Source: a virus. From it: a DNA stretch of 64,000 bases. How positions within the stretch are numbered: the first letter of the stretch is position 1; each line of letters opens with the position of its first letter. The DNA lies in IMG/VR virus record IMGVR_UViG_3300045988_037604; one strand, given 5' to 3'. The translations under genes were made by a program, and so were the position numbers. The notes beneath the pieces are model-generated. The model did no database searches. It worked only from the letters and a program-made list of their open reading frames with translations, and was not told the DNA's origin. This document shows positions 29,092-36,640 of the stretch, piece after piece.

Positions 29092-29574
29092 TTAATTAAA
29101 AAATGAACTTAAATATTCTTTTGTCCACTTTATATAAGGATAAGCTCTTTTTAAAATTTCAATTCTATCAGTGTTAAGAAGTTTATCAAGAGAATAAGTA
29201 ATATTATATTCTTCAATTCTTTCTTCTTTTATACATTCAGGAGAACTACAACCATAATGACCTAAATTCCAATTATCATATTGAGCAGGATAAACTATTC
29301 TTTTATGATATATAAATTTTCCATCTTCAAATGTAGATTCAAGAAGTTTAAGAATACTATCCTTTGTAGGCATTTTTAATCCTATTATTCTTGGGTCAAT
29401 ATTTAAATTAGTTTCTCTAATAAGCCAATAAATATATTGTATGTCATAAGACATAACTTCTTCAAAAGTTTCTCCTTTATGTTTACCAATAGATATTATA
29501 GTATTTAAAGCCTTATTTTTAATATTTTCAATTTCATTAATGAGACTAGTATATCTTTTATTTTCATTTATCAT
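29092..29574 (-). CDS. hypothetical protein
   Basis: 160-aa ORF. No motif recognised. Confidence 0.55.
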   Translation of the reverse strand: MINENKRYTSLINEIENIKNKALNTIISIGKHKGETFEEVMSYDIQYIYWLIRETNLNIDPRIIGLKMPTKDSILKLLESTFEDGKFIYHKRIVYPAQYDNWNLGHYGCSSPECIKEERIEEYNITYSLDKLLNTDRIEILKRAYPYIKWTKEYLSSFFN

Positions 29575-29613
29575 AATAAAATAATTTATATAAGTATTTT
29601 AAAGTATATTATT

Positions 29614-30327
29614 TTAACATTTATAAATAGTATCAAGAATATCTCTAAAATTAGGATTATCTATAACCTCTTGAGCATCTTCTTTATTTTTAAAGAATAC
29701 AATGCCATGATTTATTTCAAATCTATATCCTATATCATAATCATTTTTATTAATATTACTGCTAAACCTAATATAATATTTATTTTCCTCGTAATCATTC
29801 CAATTAGGTTTCCAACCTTTATTGTAATAATTAGCAATATCTATTAATTTAGCAATAGCTGTTAATTTATTACCAAGCTTACTTTCTGTAAGTATTACTA
29901 AATTTATCGCATATTCTGTATTATCATCTTTATAAATATCTTCAAGAGTAATATTATATTTCTTAAATTTAATAATACCTTTAGATAAATCACTATGTTC
30001 TACATCTATAGAATATCCTTTAGGACAATCAATATGTAAATCATTTAAAGAATTATCTGTATTAAAAGTTGGATTTATAATATTAATATTATCAGAATCT
30101 TTATTCATAGTCTTATCATTTATTTGTTCATAATATATTTGAATATGGTCTTGTCTATTACGAGGAACACAATATCCTCTAATACTTTTAAGATTATCAC
30201 AATAAAGTTTACCAAAAGCACAAAGAGAACAAGGATTAAATTTTGAATCAGTTATACAAACTTTATATTTATTACCATTATAAGTAAATATAGTACCTAT
30301 AGGTAAAGTTCTAAATTCGTTTGCCAT
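29614..30327 (-). CDS. hypothetical protein
   Basis: 237-aa ORF with an N-terminal Cys cluster (CITD...CSLCAFGKLYC). Confidence 0.55.
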   Translation of the reverse strand: MANEFRTLPIGTIFTYNGNKYKVCITDSKFNPCSLCAFGKLYCDNLKSIRGYCVPRNRQDHIQIYYEQINDKTMNKDSDNINIINPTFNTDNSLNDLHIDCPKGYSIDVEHSDLSKGIIKFKKYNITLEDIYKDDNTEYAINLVILTESKLGNKLTAIAKLIDIANYYNKGWKPNWNDYEENKYYIRFSSNINKNDYDIGYRFEINHGIVFFKNKEDAQEVIDNPNFRDILDTIYKC

Positions 30328-30340
30328 AATATTATCTTAT

Positions 30341-30376
30341 TTATTTAATATTTTAATTTTGAATATAAAGCTCTCA
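30341..30376 (-). promoter_or_regulatory. conserved 36-nt 5' leader element, copy B
   Basis: ttatttaatattttaattttgaatataaagctctca, 13 nt upstream of the ATG at 30327. Confidence 0.7.
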
Positions 30377-30447
30377 AATTATATCAATGAATAAGCATTC
30401 ATAAAAATAATTCAAGAGCCAAGAAACTAATGTAATTTAATGAAAAT

Positions 30448-30455
30448 CAAAATTA
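30448..30455 (-). promoter_or_regulatory. candidate Bacteroidota-type -7 box (leftward)
   Basis: Plus strand caaaatta equals TAATTTTG on the minus strand. Overlaps the stop of gene 30453..30626. Confidence 0.35.
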
Positions 30456-30626
30456 TGGTTCGACTATATCCATCAAACCTGACTTATATTGGTCAACCCA
30501 GTAATCAGTTTCTACATAATCAACCATATCTTGATATTCATCATTATCACCATTATAAATATCAGCTAAAACATCATCAGGAAGAATAATTGTATCAGGA
30601 GTTGAAGGAAGAATATTAGCAGTCAT
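30453..30626 (-). CDS. small acidic hypothetical protein (below ORF-track cutoff)
   Basis: 57 codons, MTANILPSTPDTIILPDDVLADIYNGDNDEY.... Confidence 0.4.
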   Translation of the reverse strand: MTANILPSTPDTIILPDDVLADIYNGDNDEYQDMVDYVETDYWVDQYKSGLMDIVEP

Positions 30627-30864
30627 AGTTATATTTAATATTTAAATTGTCAACAATAACATATTTAATACTATTAAAATCTTTATATTGTTTTTTAATA
30701 GTATTAATATCATTTTGAATATATTCATTACTAATACAATAGTATATGTGACTAAAACCATAATTATCAAGCCAAACAATGACACTATCTTCTGGTTCAA
30801 TTATTACATCATTATATCCAAATGCACCACAACTTATTGAATATATTTTATTTTGTTTCTTCAT
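30616..30864 (-). CDS. hypothetical protein
   Basis: 82-aa ORF in the array. Confidence 0.5.
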   Translation of the reverse strand: MKKQNKIYSISCGAFGYNDVIIEPEDSVIVWLDNYGFSHIYYCISNEYIQNDINTIKKQYKDFNSIKYVIVDNLNIKYNYDC

Positions 30865-31033
30865 AATATCCTTTATTAATTAAGTGAACACTTGTACAAT
30901 CAATAGTTACACCATCAGTAAAACCATTAATTATACATAAATTTCTAATAGCACAGTCTTTACAACTTATACCACCATCAACAACATCATATAGAACATC
31001 ATTGATTATTATCTTGTCTATTTTTATCTTCAT
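30848..31033 (-). CDS. hypothetical protein
   Basis: 61-aa ORF, Cys-containing. Confidence 0.45.
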   Translation of the reverse strand: MKIKIDKIIINDVLYDVVDGGISCKDCAIRNLCIINGFTDGVTIDCTSVHLINKGYYEETK

Positions 31034-31045
31034 ACGTAATAAAAT

Positions 31046-31079
31046 AAAAAACCTCTACTACTTTCACAAGCAATAGAGG
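31046..31079 (-). terminator. GNRA-capped intrinsic terminator (family member 2)
   Basis: On the minus strand: CCUCUAUUGCUU-GUGA-AAGUAGUAGAGG, a 12-bp stem with two G.U pairs, then UUUUUU. Confidence 0.8.
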
Positions 31080-31118
31080 CAAAAATTGTTGATATTTTAA
31101 TTGTTTAATTTAAACCAT

Positions 31119-31547
31119 TTAGAATATCAATTCTATAGTAAAAACAATAACAGCTCCTAATAGAAGTCCATAACCAAAACATTTAGAATTAGATTTAACT
31201 AATCTATTAATTTTATCTTGAAGCGAGAATATATCATTATCATAATGCTGAATAGTATTCAAACTATCTTTAAGTTTACTATTTGTTTCTTTATAAACTT
31301 TATTAAGTTTATCAAAAGAATTATTTACACTCACATTAATATCTTCAAGTTTCTGATAATCTTCTTCAAGACCTTTAGCTTTCTTTTCAAGACCATCAAT
31401 GGTTATTTTCAAATATTTAATAAGTTTATTATTCTTACGTTCAATATCATCTTTACGAAGAATAATATTTACTAATTCATCAATACTCTTTTTGCTAAGT
31501 TTAGTTTTACGAGTTTTCTCAGCTACACTCAATTCTTTTTCTTTCAT
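31119..31547 (-). CDS. coiled-coil protein with C-terminal TM anchor
   Basis: 142 aa. Heptad-like K/E-rich body and a C-terminal GYGLLLGAVIVFTIELIF. Preceded by TAAGGAGAACTTATT immediately before the ATG. Confidence 0.55.
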   Translation of the reverse strand: MKEKELSVAEKTRKTKLSKKSIDELVNIILRKDDIERKNNKLIKYLKITIDGLEKKAKGLEEDYQKLEDINVSVNNSFDKLNKVYKETNSKLKDSLNTIQHYDNDIFSLQDKINRLVKSNSKCFGYGLLLGAVIVFTIELIF

Positions 31548-31573
31548 AATAAGTTCTCCTTAATTATTAATTG

Positions 31574-31714
31574 TTATTCAAATTCTATATCACAATCATC
31601 GTTGTTATCTTCAACCATGATTTCACCAAATAAATCATAATCATCAATATCATGATTTACACAATAAGCATCTATATCAACAGAAGCTTCATCAATATAA
31701 TCATTATCTATCAT
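31574..31714 (-). CDS. small very acidic protein (below ORF-track cutoff)
   Basis: 46 codons, MIDNDYIDEASVDIDAYCVNHDIDDYDLF.... Confidence 0.35.
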   Translation of the reverse strand: MIDNDYIDEASVDIDAYCVNHDIDDYDLFGEIMVEDNNDDCDIEFE

Positions 31715-31730
31715 AACAATATAAAAATTA

Positions 31731-31816
31731 AATAGGTGGTGTGCATTTAAATTTGCGACGGAATTGTATTAACTCTTAAACACTAAAGCGAATACTTAGT
31801 TTGACTTCCACCTATT
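31731..31816 (-). ncRNA. structured 5' leader candidate
   Basis: A 9-bp closing stem aataggtgg (31731-31739) / ccacctatt (31808-31816) encloses a relatively GC-rich 68 nt. It lies between a candidate promoter (31835-31842) and the ATG at 31714. Confidence 0.35.
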
Positions 31817-31834
31817 ATATTAATTAATCTATTG

Positions 31835-31842
31835 CAAAGATA
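31835..31842 (-). promoter_or_regulatory. candidate Bacteroidota-type -7 box (leftward)
   Basis: The minus strand reads TTATCTTTGCAATAG, a 15-mer identical to the box context upstream of the tRNA (2030-2044). Confidence 0.5.
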
Positions 31843-31854
31843 AACAATAATATC

Positions 31855-31875
31855 TTTCTACGGGCGGGTTATACC
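31855..31875 (+). repeat. GC-rich dispersed motif copy (variant, intergenic)
   Basis: ctttctacgggcgggttatac, 30 nt beyond the stop of gene 31906..32340. The leftward RNA would read CCCGCCCGUAGAAAG. Confidence 0.9.
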
Positions 31876-31905
31876 AATAATTTAATGATTAGTAACATCT
31901 TGATA

Positions 31906-32340
31906 CTAATTAAGTACAATACGTTTACTATTTTTACCATTGATTATAACCAAAGCACAATTAGCACCAAATTGTTTAGCCAATTTATACTTCTCAACTA
32001 CAGTCTTACTTGTATTTACAAGTTCTCCTTTATAAATAAAGTAATATTTAATAGTTTTATTGCCTTTACTATTAGTTGTAGGATACTCAATAACTTTAGT
32101 TATTTTAGTATTATCAACTCTGAGAGTATCAGAAATATTAGCTGCATTTACATTTAAAACAAAACATAAACACATAACGAAAGTAATAGCAGCACATCTA
32201 ATTGCTTTACCTTTATAACCATACTCTTTAAACTTATCTTTAGCATATTTCTTAGCTTTAGACAAAGTTTTACAACTGATAAGCATAACGCCTGTCATAC
32301 CATCTTCAGCTCGATTACTACGAAAATAAAATTTACACAT
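31906..32340 (-). CDS. membrane-associated hypothetical protein
   Basis: 144 aa with an internal hydrophobic helix (AAITFVMCLCFVLNV). Preceded by TAAGGAGAACTTATT immediately before the ATG. Confidence 0.5.
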   Translation of the reverse strand: MCKFYFRSNRAEDGMTGVMLISCKTLSKAKKYAKDKFKEYGYKGKAIRCAAITFVMCLCFVLNVNAANISDTLRVDNTKITKVIEYPTTNSKGNKTIKYYFIYKGELVNTSKTVVEKYKLAKQFGANCALVIINGKNSKRIVLN

Positions 32341-32360
32341 AATAAGTTCTCCTTATTTAA

Positions 32361-32392
32361 TAGTAGTGATAGCATTATAACTATCACTACTA
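32361..32392 (-). other. perfect 12-bp hairpin between two genes
   Basis: tagtagtgatag (32361-32372) / ctatcactacta (32381-32392) with an 8-nt loop. No U-run follows. It sits between the stop at 32404 and the SD of the next gene. Confidence 0.7.
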
Positions 32393-32403
32393 ATTGTATT
32401 ATA

Positions 32404-32907
32404 CTATCGAATATTAACTCCAGTTATTTGTTCAACAATTCCTAGAGCAACAGCTTCACCAATCTTACTAAACTCAAGAATTTGAGTTACATGATTGTAG
32501 TAAGAATTATGTTCAACAACAGAAGTATTATCTTCGTTACTACTGAAAGGATTATGATATTCCTGACCTTCAGCTACAGCTTCCTGAACAATCTCAATCT
32601 TAGCACGAGAAAGAATAGCTTTGATAGCATTAGGATTGTCACGAAGATAATCACCAATACAAGCATACTCAGTTTCACGAAGAGCAGAAATCAAAGAGAA
32701 AGAACTAACAAAGATAATATTAGTTTCACCTTCCTTATAATTACCTTCGTCATCAGCAATATAACCTTTAACAGGAACATCAAGAGTCAATGCTACTCTT
32801 TGCCAAGTAGTCATATCTGTAACATTAACGTTACGAACATGAGCAATAGCTACATTGTTAATCTTAACACCTTTCAAATCATTAATTACTTTCTTAAAAT
32901 CTTTCAT
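32404..32907 (-). CDS. hypothetical protein, GC-richer codon usage
   Basis: 167-aa ORF that follows a terminator and has visibly more G/C-ending codons. Confidence 0.6.
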   Translation of the reverse strand: MKDFKKVINDLKGVKINNVAIAHVRNVNVTDMTTWQRVALTLDVPVKGYIADDEGNYKEGETNIIFVSSFSLISALRETEYACIGDYLRDNPNAIKAILSRAKIEIVQEAVAEGQEYHNPFSSNEDNTSVVEHNSYYNHVTQILEFSKIGEAVALGIVEQITGVNIR

Positions 32908-32954
32908 AATTGTAAAATTTAAATTGTTATTTGTATGTTAATTAACACGATAAT

Positions 32955-32990
32955 CTAAAGAAAGACTACTACTTTCACAAGCAATAGTCT
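32955..32990 (-). terminator. GNRA-capped intrinsic terminator (family member 3)
   Basis: On the minus strand: AGACUAUUGCUU-GUGA-AAGUAGUAGUCU, then UUCUUU. The inner 6 bp and loop are identical to member 2, while the outer 6 bp differ with compensatory changes. Confidence 0.75.
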
Positions 32991-33038
32991 TATGAATACA
33001 CTTTAATCAAATGGGATTTTGTTTGTCACTACAAACAT

Positions 33039-33389
33039 TTAATTACCAACATGTATTAGTTTATATACTTTATTTCTTGCAGTATTATATTGACTTTTAT
33101 CAATCTTATCAAATGTTTCAGGTTCAAGTTCCCAAATAGCATCTATCATATTTTCAGTATTCTTATAATACTCTTTATAAGCATTAATTCTTTCACTTTC
33201 AATTTCATAATAAGCACGAAAAGATACTATAAAACATATAAGACCATAAAGTGCAACATATATACCAAACACAACAGGTTTAATTGGTATATCTTTATTA
33301 TTTGTAAAACTACAAGTAATAGCCATCGCAATAATAACTATTGTAGCCATAATTCCTTGTATCAAGAATATATATTCTATCTCTTTCAT
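33039..33389 (-). CDS. membrane protein (two TM helices)
   Basis: 116 aa with IFLIQGIMATIVIIAMAITC and VVFGIYVALYGLICFIVSF. Confidence 0.55.
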   Translation of the reverse strand: MKEIEYIFLIQGIMATIVIIAMAITCSFTNNKDIPIKPVVFGIYVALYGLICFIVSFRAYYEIESERINAYKEYYKNTENMIDAIWELEPETFDKIDKSQYNTARNKVYKLIHVGN

Positions 33390-33418
33390 AATCTTTATAT
33401 TAATTATTAATAAAATTA

Positions 33419-33598
33419 TTATTTAAAAGAATTTTTCATTATATTAATAGCCCTATCAAGTCTATTAAGAGATATTTCAAGATGATGATTAATACTTTTT
33501 CTATTATCAATATCAAGATTAGTATCATCTATATGTTTAGCTAAAAAATTAGCTGTAGCTTGAATTTCATCAAGAAGTAATTTATTGTATGTATTCAT
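33419..33598 (-). CDS. small hypothetical protein (below ORF-track cutoff)
   Basis: 59 codons, MNTYNKLLLDEIQATANFLAKHIDD.... Confidence 0.4.
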   Translation of the reverse strand: MNTYNKLLLDEIQATANFLAKHIDDTNLDIDNRKSINHHLEISLNRLDRAINIMKNSFK

Positions 33599-33687
33599 AA
33601 TCAGTAATATTTAATTGTTATATACTAATAATAAAACTTCTATTACGAAGCTCATTATAAACAAAATCTATAATATAATTATCATTA

Positions 33688-33969
33688 TTAATAATATCTT
33701 AATGCTTTAAATAAACATGATAAAAACATCAAAAGACTAAAGCATAAGACTGTGATAATGAACAATATATTTATTATTTTATCTAATTTATCGGTATGAA
33801 TGAACGCATCCACAAGCATTAAAATGACATCTATAAATAATAAAAATAATGTCAGTAATACTAATATTGTTATAATAATCATAAGTATAAACTTTATTAG
33901 AAATAGAATGATGATAATAAAGAGTAGATAAAAGTGTAGTAGGAGGGATACTCTCAGCAACACTTTCAT
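33688..33969 (-). CDS. very hydrophobic small membrane protein
   Basis: 93 aa with about three TM helices. L/I/F-rich, so a spurious AT-rich ORF cannot be fully excluded. Confidence 0.4.
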   Translation of the reverse strand: MKVLLRVSLLLHFYLLFIIIILFLIKFILMIIITILVLLTLFLLFIDVILMLVDAFIHTDKLDKIINILFIITVLCFSLLMFLSCLFKALRYY

Positions 33970-33988
33970 CTACATCTTTTCATGTATA

Positions 33989-34204
33989 TCAAAGATTACT
34001 TACTTTAATTCCAACAACTTTATCATACTCTAAATATACTTCATCATCATAGTCATCAACAAATTCTATATGATTATCATCATAATAGATTCCATTATAC
34101 ACTTGATAATTTTCAACTTTAGTTTCAACAGTATATTTTACCGATGTAGTATCAATAGCTTTATTTGTTACAGCTATTATATTTTGAATTAACGTTTTAT
34201 CCAT
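33989..34204 (-). CDS. hypothetical protein
   Basis: 71-aa acidic ORF. Confidence 0.5.
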   Translation of the reverse strand: MDKTLIQNIIAVTNKAIDTTSVKYTVETKVENYQVYNGIYYDDNHIEFVDDYDDEVYLEYDKVVGIKVSNL

Positions 34205-34211
34205 ATCTACA

Positions 34212-34541
34212 TTATTTATTTATAACAGTATCACAATAATACATACCAGACACCTTAAACTTTTGCCTATCTCTTCTAAAGAGATTGATACCACCAGGAA
34301 TAAAATCCATTTTATAATCTTTATAATCTATTCCCCAAGGCATAACATCAGTATGACCAAGAAAATCAAGTTCTTTAGTATCATTATTATAACCAAATCG
34401 TTTGGCATCAACATAACCTTCTTCATTTTGCTTACGCTCAGGGATAAACATAAGACAATCATACATACCTTTGTCTTTAAGACCTTTCTTAACTGCTTTT
34501 TCAATAGCAGCATTTAATTCTTCAGGATTATATTTGTTCAT
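34212..34541 (-). CDS. hypothetical protein
   Basis: 109-aa ORF. Confidence 0.55.
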   Translation of the reverse strand: MNKYNPEELNAAIEKAVKKGLKDKGMYDCLMFIPERKQNEEGYVDAKRFGYNNDTKELDFLGHTDVMPWGIDYKDYKMDFIPGGINLFRRDRQKFKVSGMYYCDTVINK

Positions 34542-34553
34542 ATCTTTATTATT

Positions 34554-34793
34554 TTAATGACTAGCTCTTACTACAACACGACCAACATGAGTAACATCAA
34601 TCGTATTATACTTTTTATTATCACTCTCAACATTAAGTAAAGGATAATCTTCATATCTATTAGTTACAATAAAATGATTAGTATCAATATACTTAACAAC
34701 ATAACATCTATAAGTTATACCATTATTCATAGTAATACCAATTTTAATGTTTCTGCCTTTTACAGCATTTAATAAAACTCTTATACTATTCAT
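34554..34793 (-). CDS. hypothetical protein
   Basis: 79-aa ORF. Confidence 0.5.
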   Translation of the reverse strand: MNSIRVLLNAVKGRNIKIGITMNNGITYRCYVVKYIDTNHFIVTNRYEDYPLLNVESDNKKYNTIDVTHVGRVVVRASH

Positions 34794-34805
34794 ATCTTTA
34801 CTATT

Positions 34806-35033
34806 TTATTTCATTCCTACAAGAGCCATGTGGTCTGCAAATTGAATATCAATAATATCATCAAATAAAATAGAATATAACTTATTATGATTATCAATTA
34901 TATCAACAAAATTAAATTCTATGTTTTGAATACGACAATCATTATAAGTATGTTCATAAGTCACAATACTCAAACAACCATCATTGATGTCCATATAAGC
35001 ACTTAAAATTTTAGTTATTAAAGCTTTATTCAT
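34806..35033 (-). CDS. hypothetical protein
   Basis: 75-aa ORF preceded by GAAGGAG 8 nt before the ATG. Confidence 0.5.
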   Translation of the reverse strand: MNKALITKILSAYMDINDGCLSIVTYEHTYNDCRIQNIEFNFVDIIDNHNKLYSILFDDIIDIQFADHMALVGMK

Positions 35034-35118
35034 ATCTTAAACTCCTTCTCTATTTATATGATTATAAGGATATTCATAATCATTAATATTATCATAAATA
35101 TCCTCATAATCAATATTA

Positions 35119-35274
35119 TTATTCAACTTCATTTTCATTTTCATCAACAATTACAACTCTTCTACTAAAGAAAGACATAGCAAGTTTACTTCTTTTATCT
35201 CTTGCTTCTTCAATAGTTTCAGCAGTATCCCAAGCCTTATAATCATCATAAGGTCTAATCTTAAATTTAGCCAT
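35119..35274 (-). CDS. small hypothetical protein (below ORF-track cutoff)
   Basis: 51 codons, MAKFKIRPYDDYKAWDTAETIEEARDKRSK.... Preceded by TAAGGAGAACTTATT immediately before the ATG. Confidence 0.45.
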   Translation of the reverse strand: MAKFKIRPYDDYKAWDTAETIEEARDKRSKLAMSFFSRRVVIVDENENEVE

Positions 35275-35347
35275 AATAAGTTCTCCTTATTTATTAGTCA
35301 TATGAACATTTATTTTAATTCCTCGCTCAATATTAGGAATAGAGAGA

Positions 35348-35372
35348 TATAAGTCTTATAAGTCTTATAAGT
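35348..35372. repeat. 9-nt tandem repeat
   Basis: tataagtct x2.8. Confidence 0.8.
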
Positions 35373-35409
35373 ATTTTAACTTCTTCTCTCCAGTTCTTGT
35401 TTATTTTAT

Positions 35410-35468
35410 TTGTTGTCAAATCTTGTTTGTTTTCTTGTTGTCAAGATTTGTTTTCTTCTTGTTGTCAA
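35410..35468 (-). repeat. direct-repeat array (3 x TTGTTGTCAA, 24-25 nt period)
   Basis: Copies at 35410-35419, 35435-35444 and 35459-35468. The minus strand reads TTGACAACAA(GAA). The array lies between the stop of 35519..36103 and the start of 35119..35274. Confidence 0.8.
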
Positions 35469-35518
35469 AGTTCAGAATGAATAGCAAGAGCAGGATTTCT
35501 CTCACTCTTGCATTTTCA

Positions 35519-36103
35519 TTACTCAGCAGTTGCAGCATCAGCTTTCTCAGCAGCTTTCTCAGCAGCTTTGTCAGTAGCAAAATCAAACTTTTTGCCACGA
35601 GCTTGATTAGCAGCTTTGATGATAGCCAACATCTTGGTCATGTCTTTTGGCGCACCAAAGCCAAAATCATTACCAAAGTCAGACAGCACAATATCATTGA
35701 TACGAGTATGAAATGTAACTCCATCAGAAGTCATTTCCTCACCATCAATCTCATTGATGAAAGTCTCGCCGTCTTCAAAACGTTCAACTTTAACATCAAG
35801 AGTTGCGCCAACAAGCAAATTATAATACTCTTCCTGAGTCATGGTTTCCTTGTAGTAACCACGCTCTTTAGGAGCAAGATAATATTGCATCATAGTAGCT
35901 GTCTCGAAGAAGATGATATGTCCGAACTGACGCAATGGCATCTTAATATCATTAGCAAAACCAGCAACAAGTTCACCAGTAGTCTTGTCAAGGCGACGAG
36001 CAGGTATCTGTTCATTGATAGCAAAACTAATCATCTGACGACCTTCATCAGTGAGATACAAACTAACATTAGCAACTGTAACTTTACAATTCAAGCTTTT
36101 CAT
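35519..36103 (-). CDS. hypothetical protein, GC-richer codon usage; first gene of leftward block
   Basis: 194 aa with a C-terminal Ala/Lys/Glu tail (DKAAEKAAEKADAATAE). Flanked on both sides by the repeat arrays. Confidence 0.6.
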   Translation of the reverse strand: MKSLNCKVTVANVSLYLTDEGRQMISFAINEQIPARRLDKTTGELVAGFANDIKMPLRQFGHIIFFETATMMQYYLAPKERGYYKETMTQEEYYNLLVGATLDVKVERFEDGETFINEIDGEEMTSDGVTFHTRINDIVLSDFGNDFGFGAPKDMTKMLAIIKAANQARGKKFDFATDKAAEKAAEKADAATAE

Positions 36104-36184
36104 AATTAAAACATATTAAATTAATGAATAAACAGCATAAGCTGTAGCATGAATCCTTTCCATGCCAAAACTTGTTTCTTTTCT

Positions 36185-36236
36185 TGTTGTTGAAATTGTC
36201 TCTTTCTTGATGTCAAAATCTTGAGTTTGATGACAG
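36185..36236 (-). repeat. direct-repeat array (3 degenerate copies of TTGWTGWYRA, 20-22 nt period)
   Basis: ttgttgttga at 36185-36194, ttgatgtcaa at 36207-36216, ttgatgacag at 36227-36236. Upstream of gene 35519..36103. Confidence 0.65.
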
Positions 36237-36321
36237 GGGATTTCGATACGTACATTAATCGGTGGGGGTCTAACTACATACCCTCCTCCTCACATTTATT
36301 TAATATATTATATAGTATAGC

Positions 36322-36345
36322 CTTTATCTTTATCTTTATCTTTAT
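36322..36345. repeat. (CTTTAT)x4 tandem repeat
   Basis: Four exact units at the start of a ~330-nt low-complexity AT tract. Confidence 0.8.
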
Positions 36346-36640
36346 TTTCATTATTAACTTTAACAATTTAATCTTCAATTTCATCATTCTAATTAATATC
36401 ATTATTATTTTTATCATCATCTTCTTTAATAGATTTATAATTATTATATTGACTTTTATTAATATTAGTATTAGCTTTATCATAAACCTTATTATAACAA
36501 TAATAATCATTATTATATATTATATCTTCATTTTATCTAATTATTATTTCATTAGTATTATCTATATAAATAGTATATATTTTGTCATTATAAGTATTAG
36601 AAGTTCTAGTCGAATCTTAAAGTATTAGATGTCTATAAAT

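Noticed and set aside
35410-35468. A CRISPR-like array, given short direct repeats with regular spacing.
   Set aside because: The repeats are only ~10-13 nt with 12-15 nt between them, there are three copies, and no cas genes are present. This is far below CRISPR repeat and spacer dimensions.
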